A DNA stretch of 64,000 nt. Origin: Octopus sinensis (Eukaryota). Of this stretch, positions 54,904-64,000 are shown one piece after another. A program made the translations under genes and the position numbers. The stretch covers positions 24,738,001 through 24,802,000 of the forward strand of contig NC_043017.1 in NCBI RefSeq assembly GCF_006345805.1, written 5' to 3'. Each line of letters opens with the position of its first letter. The first letter of the stretch is position 1. The notes under the pieces are model-generated. The model saw only the letters and a program-made list of their open reading frames with translations, was not told the origin of the DNA and searched no databases.

Positions 54904-56262
54904 CTACTTTTCTGCAATATGAATATGTTTGTGATTGTTAAAAGCACTTCTGTGAGAGAATGATTTACCACAGATATCACAATTATATGGTTTCTCTCCT
55001 GTATGAATACGTTTGTGAGCATTTAAGTTACTATTTTCAGAGAATGATTTACCACAAATATCACAGTGATATGGTTTTTCACCTGTATGAAAACGTTTGT
55101 GAGCATTTAAGGAACTACTCGTAGAAAATGATCTATCACAGACATCACAATGATACGGCTTCTCACCTGTATGAATACGTTTGTGAGCATTTAAGATCCC
55201 ACCTCTAGAAAATGATTTGCCACAGACATCACAGTGAAATAGTGTCTCTCCTGTATGGATACGTTTGTGAGTATTTAAATGACTGCTTAAGGAATAGGAT
55301 TTACCACAGATATCACAGAGAAATGGTTTTTCTTCTGTATGAACACGCTTATGTTTAATCAAGTCACTGCTTGTAGAGCAAGATTTACCACAGATATCAC
55401 AGTGATATGGCTTTTCCCCTGTGTGAACCCGTATGTGCTTGCTTAAGTCAACATTTTGAGAGAATGATTTGCCACAGAAATCACAGCAATATGGTTTTTC
55501 TCCAGTATGAATATATACGTGTCTTGTTAGTTTGCTTGGAACTGAGAATGATTTACCACAAGTTTCACAGTGGTATGGTTTCCTTCCTGTATGAATAAGT
55601 CTGTGAGTGCTCAAGGCACCACTCGTAGTAAATGATTTACCACAAATGTCACAATGATATGGTTTCTCTCCTGTATGAACACGTTTGTGAGAATTCAAGT
55701 TACCACTTTTAGAAAAAAATTTATCACAGATATCACATTGGTGTAGCTTCTGTTCTGAGCGAATACATTTGTGAGTATTCAATGTATGGCTTTTAGAAAA
55801 TGTTTTACCACAAACATCACAGTGAAATGTTGTCTCTTGTGTATGGATACGTTCGTGCCTAAATAGCTGACTTTTGCAAGAGAATGATTTACCACAGATA
55901 TCACATTGGTGTAGCTTCTGTTCCGAGCGAATACATTTATGAGTATTCAATGTATGGCTTTTAGAAAATGTTTTACCACAAACATCACAGTGAAATGCTG
56001 TCTCTTGTGTATGGATACGTTCGTGCCTAAGTAGCTGACTTTTGCAAGAGAATGATTTACCACAGATATCACAGTGGTGTTGTTTCTCGCCTGTATGAAC
56101 ACATTTGTGAATATCTAAGTGACCACTTTCAGAAAACGATTTACTAGAAACATCACAGGAGTATGGTGTGTCTTTTATCTCTTCCAACATCTCATCGGGA
56201 AAACCAGGGCTTTCAAACTCTGTTTTAATTTGAACTGGTTTCTCACAGAGTTCATTTTCCAT
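54904..56262 (-). CDS. C2H2 zinc-finger protein, 452 aa, 15 fingers (fingers 1, 3 and 5 atypical)
   Basis: Tandem C2H2 fingers with TGEKP linkers; start [15 protein letters not shown]; tttcag acceptor at about 56299. Confidence 0.93.
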   Translation of the reverse strand: MENELCEKPVQIKTEFESPGFPDEMLEEIKDTPYSCDVSSKSFSESGHLDIHKCVHTGEKQHHCDICGKSFSCKSQLLRHERIHTQETAFHCDVCGKTFSKSHTLNTHKCIRSEQKLHQCDICGKSFSCKSQLFRHERIHTQETTFHCDVCGKTFSKSHTLNTHKCIRSEQKLHQCDICDKFFSKSGNLNSHKRVHTGEKPYHCDICGKSFTTSGALSTHRLIHTGRKPYHCETCGKSFSVPSKLTRHVYIHTGEKPYCCDFCGKSFSQNVDLSKHIRVHTGEKPYHCDICGKSCSTSSDLIKHKRVHTEEKPFLCDICGKSYSLSSHLNTHKRIHTGETLFHCDVCGKSFSRGGILNAHKRIHTGEKPYHCDVCDRSFSTSSSLNAHKRFHTGEKPYHCDICGKSFSENSNLNAHKRIHTGEKPYNCDICGKSFSHRSAFNNHKHIHIAEK

Positions 56263-56554
56263 AATTATTCTCCTCTGACAACTTCGTCTTTGATATTTCT
56301 GAAAGAATAGGGAAACGGTATAAGATAGAAGGGATACTTAAAAATTGGTTTGGGCATGACTGTGTGGTTAGGGAGCTTGCTTCCTAGCTACATGGTTTCG
56401 GGTTCAGTCCCACTGCGTGGCACTTTGGGTAGGTGTCTTCTGCTATAGCCCCGACCTGACCAAAACTTTGTGATTGAATTCGGCAGGCGGAAGTTACTGC
56501 CGTGTGTGTACATGTGCGTGTAGGTGCTTGTGCCTCTCCGAAAGAGAGAGAGGG

Positions 56555-56846
56555 ATGGACGTACAAATATATGGGAAACTACCACCTGTGTCATCTTTTG
56601 TGAAAGGTAGGAGAGTCCAGTTTGCTGGACATTGCTGTAGAGCTGAAAACGAAGCAATTTCTACTCTTCTCCTCTGGAAGCCATCTACTCGCGATACTGG
56701 AGGATGCACACTCTCCTACCCTGATGTAATCTCCAGGGATACAGGCATCCAGCAACAGGACCTCCGTAATGCTATGATGGACCGTGAAGTCTGGCGTAGC
56801 ATGGTAAATTCCATTGTCTCGACCACGGTCGAACAATGATGATGAT
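56555..56846 (+). mobile_element. RTE/RTEX-like LINE 3' end
   Basis: RRVQFAGHCCR..LLLWKP..AMMDREVWR followed by a (TGA)n tail. Confidence 0.7.
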
Positions 56847-57734
56847 TAATGATGGAAAATTTACCACGTTTTTATGTTACTCTTTTACTTGTTTCAGTCA
56901 GTTGACTGCGGCCATGCTGGAGCACCGCGACCCCGGGACTTATTCTTTGTAAGCCCAGTACTTATTCTATCGGTCTCTTTTGCCGAACCGCTAAGTAAGG
57001 GGGACATAAACACACCAGCATCGGTTGTCAAGCAATGCTAGGGGGACAAACACAGACAACCAAACATACACGCACACACACATATATATATACATATATA
57101 CGACGGGCTTCTTTCAGTTTCCGTCTACCAAATCCACTCACAAGGCTTTGGTCGGCCCGAGGCTATAGTAGAAGACACTTGCCCAAGGTGCCACGCAGTG
57201 GGACTGGACCAGGAACCATGTGGTTGGTAAGCAAGCTACTTACCACACAGCCGAAACTTTAAATGTAAAATGCTAACATAAAGATTGATGTCGACATTTG
57301 AACTTTAGATTTGTTATTAAAATTACGTCAAAGAGTCTCATGCGAACTCTATACTTCACAGCTAACAGTAACCCTATCAGATTATTTATGTTAAGCCATA
57401 GAATAGTGGAGACGGAGCCTTCTTTCCAGGGAGGTCCTTCGTTGTCGGTCGATTACTGTTTAACTTCGGGTTATTTCAGAGCAGAACGTCGTTGCAGACA
57501 TACAAGATCCGTTATTTCCCCTAAATCCTATACCTTATTCCATCTTCACTTGTTTTCTTTAACGTTATTTTTTTCATTAAACAAATATAAGTTACTATAT
57601 TGTATTTTTTATTCCCTTAATACAGGTGTTTTCAAATCGAAATTTTCTCTTTAACTAAACAATATTTCGTGCTCGTTTCGAAACGAAATTAGCGACGCAA
57701 TCTGACGATGTAACAATGTTTCGCAGTTAAATGT

Positions 57735-57935
57735 TTCCATGACTTTCGGAAACATTTTTTCACGCTCAGAGTTGCTGAAGCATGGAATAAACTGCCTGCG
57801 TCAGTTGTTGACTGCCATGACACTGCATCCTTTAAGGCCCTCATGCTTTCCGAAATCCGCCGAAACTACACCTGATTATATATACACTTTAGATGAGTTG
57901 TAGTGCACCCGAGCACTGTACACAATGTTTTTATT
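57735..57935 (+). mobile_element. Short CR1 3'-end fragment
   Basis: Matches 41325-41600 (catgactttcggaaacattttttcacgct..ctacacctga..agcactgta). Confidence 0.75.
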
Positions 57936-58089
57936 ATTATTAATTTAAGAATTAACAATACTTCCATTGTCAAAGAATGTGCACTACGGAAGAGAAATAA
58001 ACCCCATTTAGGTAAAGACAGGCTTAAGAAGAAAGAAAAAGTATTAATTGAACGAAGTAATAATGTAGGAGTCGTCAAAAATTATCCAC

Positions 58090-58380
58090 CAGACCCAATA
58101 TCTTCGAATTTACGCCGTAATTCGTCAGATTCACCTAAAGTTATATTAATGAAGATGAAGAGAAAAACACTTAGAAAATACCTCGAATTAATCACAGTGA
58201 TTACTAAGAAGTCAGTGACGGCAGTCATATATATGTACTATAATATACTGGATAAATATGAGGACTTTTCTGTCAGTAAATTATGATTTCTTTCGAAATA
58301 AAAAGACTTGTTTTGGAAAAGTGGTTCCAAGACAGTGGCGGAAATTGACGTCCCGTTGCACATGCGCAGTGTGAAATGTC
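58090..58380 (-). promoter_or_regulatory. Candidate promoter and first exon of zinc-finger gene 2
   Basis: Paralogous to 48120-48480; AG|GTGAAT donor at the equivalent position. Confidence 0.5.
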
Positions 58381-58439
58381 AGGGGGAAGCTTTCACTTTC
58401 TCGTCTTTAGACTGGAGTCACGGAGAAAGTCCTCTCGGT

Positions 58440-59337
58440 AGCACGCCGGGCGAAATGCGATTGTCTCCCTTTGACCGCGATCCGTAATTGAATCTGCCGG
58501 GCGAAATGCGTAGCCGTCTTTCGTCTGCCGTTACGTTCTGAGTTCAAATTCCGCCGAGGTCGACTTTGCCTTTCATCCTTTCGGGGTCGATAAGTTAAGC
58601 ACCAGTTACGCACTGAGGTCGATGTAATCGACTTAATACCCGTGTCTGTCCTTGTTTAGTCCCTTGTAGGTAATAAAGAAATAAGTATTTCGTCTGCCGT
58701 TACGTTCTGAGTTCAAATTCCGCCAAGGTTGACTTTGCCTTTCATCCGTTCGGGGGTCGATTAAATAAGTACAGGTTACGCACTCGGGTCGATATAATCG
58801 ACTTAATCCGTTTGTCTGTCCTTGTTTGTCCCCTCTGTGTTTCGCCCCTTGTGGGTAGTAAAGAAATAGGTATCTCTAGAAAATGGGTGAGGAAAAGACT
58901 TCGTTGTCAACTACAAGGGATTGTCTCCCTTTGACCGCGATCCGTAATTGAATCTGCCGGGCGAAATGCGTAGCCGTCTATCGTCTGCCGTTACGTTCTG
59001 AGTTCAAATTCACCTTCGTCTTTCATCCTTTCGGGATCGATAAATTAAGTAGCAGTTACGCACTGGGGTCGATGTAAACGACTTAATACGTATGTCTGTC
59101 CTCGTTTGTCCACTGTATGTTTAGCCCCTTGTGGGTAATAAAGAAATACGTATTTCGTGTAATCGCCACGTTCTGAGATCAAATTCCGCCGAGGTCGACT
59201 TTGCCTTTCATCCTTTCGGGGGTCGATTAAATAAGTACCAGTTACGCACTGGGATCGATATAATCGACTTTATCCGTTTGTCTGTCTTTGTTTGTCCTCT
59301 CCGTGTTTCGCCCCTTGTGGGTAGTAAAGAAATAGGT
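58440..59337 (+). mobile_element. Tandem array of four SINE-B bodies interleaved with Penelope 3' segments
   Basis: Roughly 190-bp body repeated 4 times; gattgtctccctttgaccgcgatccgtaattgaatctg is shared with about 61804-61841 and 62095-62133. Confidence 0.8.
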
Positions 59338-59630
59338 ATAACAGTTTTCCCCGTTCCGTGACGGTAGGTCGCCTCATCTGGGATTCCACTTGCTGTGACA
59401 CAAGCAGCAACTTGCTATATTCAGCTACAAGTCCAGTCTCCATTGTTCGTCAGGCTAAGAAAAGCAAACTGTCAAAGTATCGGTCGCTCCCTGCCAGGTT
59501 CATGGTAAGGCCTGTGGCGGGAGAGATGACCCTCCGAAGTGCGAGCGCCGTGAATCGAAGTGGCTGTTGCAGCGCAATCTCCCTCACCATCCCCGAGGAT
59601 GCATTTTGTCTGCTAGGACCATAAATCGGT
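59336..59630 (+). mobile_element. CRE-like non-LTR element, restriction-like endonuclease fragment
   Basis: ITVFP..LIWDSTCCDT..KLSKYRSL..PVA..RE..WLLQR pattern resembles the C-terminal RLE of CRE/R2-group elements. Confidence 0.6.
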
Positions 59631-59777
59631 CTGAAATACTGGAATTTGTACGTTCCACTTTCTAATGTAAAGTTACTCCATATATCAAAACATCGTATGA
59701 TGGATATTATTACACGTGGAATATACACGTGTGTGTGTGTATTTATTCGCGCAGTTGAGTGTATATGTGTGTATATA

Positions 59778-61488
59778 TCTATATATATAAAAGTGAAGTT
59801 GTGTGAGTGTCTGTCTCCTACGATTTAGATTCCTAACTACTCCCACATTTTGCGGTGCAGTTTAACCAAATTCGGGTATCTTATAATAGTCGTGATTCAT
59901 ATCGAGCCCGTCTGGGTATTAGCGCGCGTCTACGATGAGTCTACGATTTTAAAAATAATTTACCATAATTTTTTTCCATTTTAACGCATATTTTTTAAAT
60001 AAAGGGCTCACACCTGCACCTGTGTTGCTTCTCCCCCTTCTTCCCTCCCTCGTGAAGCTGTGGGGAAGGGAGTGTAAGGAAATCAACGTCGTAAAGCGTT
60101 GTCAAGGAGACCAGCGTTCTTTTAGAACAACGACTTCATGGCTTGAAGACACCAAAACAGAAATGGCTAAGAAAGCCCGAAAGCAAATTCTACAAAATCG
60201 GGAAACACGCCACACGGGGAAGGTTTCCCGTGCAAATAATTTGCACAACCGAATGTTTTAGTTGTTGCACAACTTTTACTTAAAAAATATTATCCAAACA
60301 CAAACTTTTGAAGGCAATATTGTATGGCGATGGTACTTGTGAAATATGGTAATGGATTTAGTAGCGAAAAGGAGACAGCAGAGGTAATAGTATGGTGGTG
60401 GTGGAGGCGGTGGTAGTGGCAGCGGTGGTGCTGGTAGTGGTGATGGTGGTCGTGGTGGTGGTCGTGGTGTTGTTGTTGTTGGTGTTGGTGGTCGTGGTCG
60501 TGGTGGTCTTCGTGATGGTGGTGGTGATGGTCATGGGCGTAGTGGTGGTGGTGGTGGTGGTCGTGGTGGTGGTGTGGTGGTGGTGGTGTGGTGGTGGTGG
60601 TCGTGGTGGTGGTGTGGTGGTGGTCGTGGTGGTGGTGGTGGTGGTGTTGTTGTTGGTGTTGGTGGTCGTGGTCGTGGTGGTCTTCGTGATGGTGGTGGTG
60701 ACGGTCATGGGCGTAGTGGTGGTGGTGGTGGTAGTGGTGATGGTGTTGGTCGTGGTGGTGGTGGTGGTGGTAGGTGGCTGAAGCTGTCGTCTGGGTTCTT
60801 ACAATTTTTTCGTGTGTCGGTGGCGGCGTTGGCGTTCATGCTCGCACCTGCACCTGTGTAGCTCCTCCCCTTCTTCCCTCCCTCGTGAAGCTGTGGGGAA
60901 GGCAGGGTAGGGAAATCAACGTCGTAAAGCGTTGTCAAGGTGACCGGCGTTCTTTTAGAACAACGACTTCATGGCTTGAAGTCGCCAAAACAGAAATCGC
61001 TAAAAAAGCTGAAACAGATCCACAAAAACGGCAAAAACCGCCACACAGGGCAGGTTTCCTGTGCAAAAATTTGCACAACCGAATGTTTTAGTTGTTGCAC
61101 AAATCTTTATATATAAAAGTCAAGTTGTGTGTCTGTCTCCTACGATTTAGATTCCTAACTACTCCCACATTTTGCGGTGCAGTTTAACCAAAACCGGGTA
61201 TCTTATAGTCGTGATTCATATCGAGCCCTTCTGGGTATTAGCGCGCGTCTACGATGAGTCTACGATTTAAAAAAAAAATTACCATCATTTTTTCCATTTT
61301 AATGCATTTTTTCGCTATTATATAAGGGAGGTAACTCTCTAAAAATGTCTACGATGAGTCAACGATTAAAAAAAAAATTACCATAATTTTTTTTCCATTT
61401 TTAATGCATTTTTTTGCTATAACTCTCTAAAAATGCTTATATAGTTATTTCCCTTACAAACCCGAGCAACGCCGGGCGATACTGCTAG
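59778..61488 (+). mobile_element. Composite non-autonomous Helitron carrying a (GTG)n tract
   Basis: TC heads at 59778 and 61104 with near-identical sequence downstream; 3' hairpin cccgagcaacgccggg followed by CTAG|T. Confidence 0.75.
60390..60772. repeat. (GTG)n degenerate trinucleotide repeat
   Basis: Directly visible; explains the poly-V and poly-T ORFs. Confidence 0.92.
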
Positions 61489-61541
61489 TGTTATATAAAC
61501 AAAACGCACATACATGTATATGTGTGTGTGTGGCTTATATA

Positions 61542-61593
<52 letters not shown>

Positions 61594-61596
<3 letters not shown>

Positions 61597-63345
61597 TCGG
61601 TAAATCATAAATCCGGAAAAGAAGCACATTCTAAGTTATAGAGCAGCAGGGTATATAGAATATCGTCGGTCTGTGGGGTTACGCAGGGTTTCACGTCCAT
61701 AAAGCGGTAAGCTTTACAGTATTTCTTCAGACCCTAAACTCGTTGGTCTATGATATCTGTAGAAAATGGGGGGGGGGGAGACTTCGTTATGTCAACTACA
61801 AGGGATTGTCTCCCTTTGACCGCGATCCATAATTGAATCTGCCGGGCGAAATGCGTGACCGTATTTCGTCTGCTGTTACGTTCTGAGTTCAAATTCCGCC
61901 GTGGTCGACTTTGCCTTTCATCCTTTCGGGGTCGATTAAATAAGTACCAGTTACGCACTGGGATCGATATAATCGACTTAATCCGTTTGTCTGTCCTTGT
62001 CTGTCCTCTCTGTGTTTAGCCCCTTGTAGGCAATAAAGAAATATATATCTCTTGAAAATGGGGGAGGAAAAGACTTCGTTATTTCAACTACGAGGGATTG
62101 TTTCCCTTTGACCGCGATCCGTAATTGAACCTGTTGGTTTGTAGGTCCGAGGATGTTAGAAGGAATTTCCTGAAGTGCAAGCAGGGTTCATAAGCTTCTG
62201 TCCAGGAGTTAAGGATGTTCCATGGGTCGAGGGAGTCTTTTAATATCCTCGTCTGTTCGGCTATGCACAGCTTACAACGTTTGATCCCATTGATGTAGTG
62301 GCCTGGATTTTCTGGAATCTTCCGTATTACGTGTAGAGTTTCTTCATTTTCAATTGCCAAAAATGGATGGCTAATGACGTAGCGTATCTCCTCTCTGGGA
62401 TCTTGAATGAGGATCTATGGTTGGAAAAATACTGCAAGAGGCCTTAGGATATTTTTGTTGATGCTGATGTTGTTGCTGAAGCTAATGTTGGTATTGGTGC
62501 GGATGCTGTCAATCCTGGGGTAGGGGACATCATCGGTGGCAGTGCTGTTGTCTTCTTCCAATCAAGACTCACGCCATTAGCCACAAAGAATAATCTCTAA
62601 TTCGAGCCTACTCTAAGCTACGAAGAATGCGTGCGGCAACTTGAAGATTCACCCACCGCACGCGATAGACTGGCGGTTGCACGGACGCGAAAGCTACGTT
62701 GTTATCCTCATTCCGTAAATCGTAAAGGATAGCTTTTAACGGGTGGAGAACTGAACCATCCTGGGGTACAGAGGATTTGCAATCTAGACTAGGGTCTGAA
62801 AGTTTACCACACCATATTGGGTTACACCATGGTTCCTCTGCTTTGTGGCAGAAGTAGGAAGAAAGAGTGAGAGAAAGTTGTGGTGAAAGAGTACAGCAGG
62901 GTTCAACCCCCGCCGCCGGAGCCTCGTGGAGCTTAGGTGTTCTTGCTCAATAAACACTCACATTGTGCCCAGTCTGGGAATCGAAACTGCGTTCTTACGA
63001 CCACGAGTCCTGTTGTTGGCACTATGGTGTTATCGGTGCTATTGCAGTAGCTGATGTTGTCACTGTTATCGTTGTTATCATTGGCAATGGTGCTGCTGCT
63101 ATTTCTGTACAGGTTGTTATCGATACTGCCATTCCTGCTAGTGTAGTTGTCATTGAAAAAAGCCATGGCTGTCGCTCCTACCACCTCAGCTTCATAGATG
63201 ACTCCCTTGGTTTCACAATGACCTCCCACTGGGCTTCTGTTGTGGTGCCTGAACGAGCATCCCACCTCCGTTCATGGCCTTGAATGTTCTTAATATTAGG
63301 GGCGCAGCTACAAGAAACCCTTCGGTTGTGTCTGTTGAATATGTA
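61594..63345 (-). mobile_element. Penelope-like retroelement relic (linker, GIY-YIG endonuclease and 3' repeat with hammerhead), interrupted by insertions
   Basis: Fragments in order: IFNRHNRRVSCSCAPNIKNI (about 63330), GCSFR..SPVGGHCETKGVIYEAEV, NHRSSFKIPERRYATSL (about 62400), KRCKLCIAEQ..ILNSWTEAYEPCLHFRKFLL. Ends at (TA)n. Confidence 0.8.
61676..61734 (-). ncRNA. Type I hammerhead ribozyme at the 3' end of the Penelope-like element
   Basis: Minus strand: GGGT CTGAAGA AATA CTGTAAAGC TTACC GCTTTATGG ACGT GAAAC CCTGC GTA ACCC. Confidence 0.78.
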
Positions 63346-64000
63346 TCCCTACCTACATAAACATGTAGATGTGTTATTAAAATTACGTCAACGAGTCTCA
63401 TGCGAACTCTATACTTCACTGATAACAGATGTTTTCAGTTTGAATGGCAGTTTTTAAACATAATTTCTAGGTAACTAAGAAATTTTAAACTTTGTATACT
63501 GGTAGAATGTGTTTATAAAACATCTTTTTCTCTTGGCTTTATTGAGAAAATTCTATAGTTTGTAAGATATTTGTTGTTTTTCTTCTTCAATTTCAACGAA
63601 TCAATGACGTCCATTGAGGTAAAAACATTCTGTGCCGTATGAATATGTCCATATCTGCTACCCTAAGGAATATCCTAACTACACACATTTCTATGTTGAC
63701 GGAGAAGGAGCGGGGCAAACAAAATTATATTTCTGCCGTTCTTCCTTCTGTGGGTGTTAGGGCCTAGCATATAGCTAGCAGCTAGTGCCTCATTATAGTA
63801 GGGGACTGTAGCATCAAAAATCACTTGGCTAGAAGAAAGGTTCGTGACTCTCATGTACGTGTCCCCTTCCCCCAGAATTTCTTTCTTTATAGCTTTTGTA
63901 AAAATATGGATTTTTCAATGAAATTTTCTACTAGTTCACTTTAGTGTAAATTATGATTATATTGGAATTAGATGTGGGGGGAAAAAAGTGGGCATGCACA

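Noticed and set aside
60358-60938. Poly-Val, poly-Thr and poly-Gly ORFs
   Set aside because: Produced by the (GTG)n repeat inside a Helitron.

Overview
Eukaryotic, AT-rich, repeat-dense DNA. The tRNA-SINE families, (TA)n microsatellites and single-exon C2H2 zinc-finger paralogues suggest an octopus or other coleoid cephalopod (inference). Host genes: (1) a spliced FLASH/CASP8AP2-like gene on + (coding exons 25757-25861, 27640-27830, 28548-28701). Its LDLY motif and Lsm11-binding coiled coil are intact, but the frame stops at about 149 aa and is followed by decayed coding-like sequence and a 443-aa low-complexity ORF. (2) Two tandem C2H2 zinc-finger paralogues on - (18 and 15 fingers) with homologous promoters, introns and 3'UTRs. 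Most of the rest is mobile DNA: several SINE families, CR1, RTE and CRE-like LINE relics, a Penelope-like (GIY-YIG) relic, non-autonomous Helitrons, and piggyBac-, mariner- and hAT-type MITEs. The most notable signal, invisible to the ORF track, is at least seven type I hammerhead ribozyme folds (CUGANGA...GAAAC-loop-GUA). They lie in short, mostly (TA)n-adjacent, non-coding elements. Several have a palindromic stem III, a long stem II and a non-canonical 10.1-11.1 pair; three lie in inverted repeats and one lies 3' of the Penelope-like endonuclease. All coordinates were read by eye; repeat boundaries are approximate.
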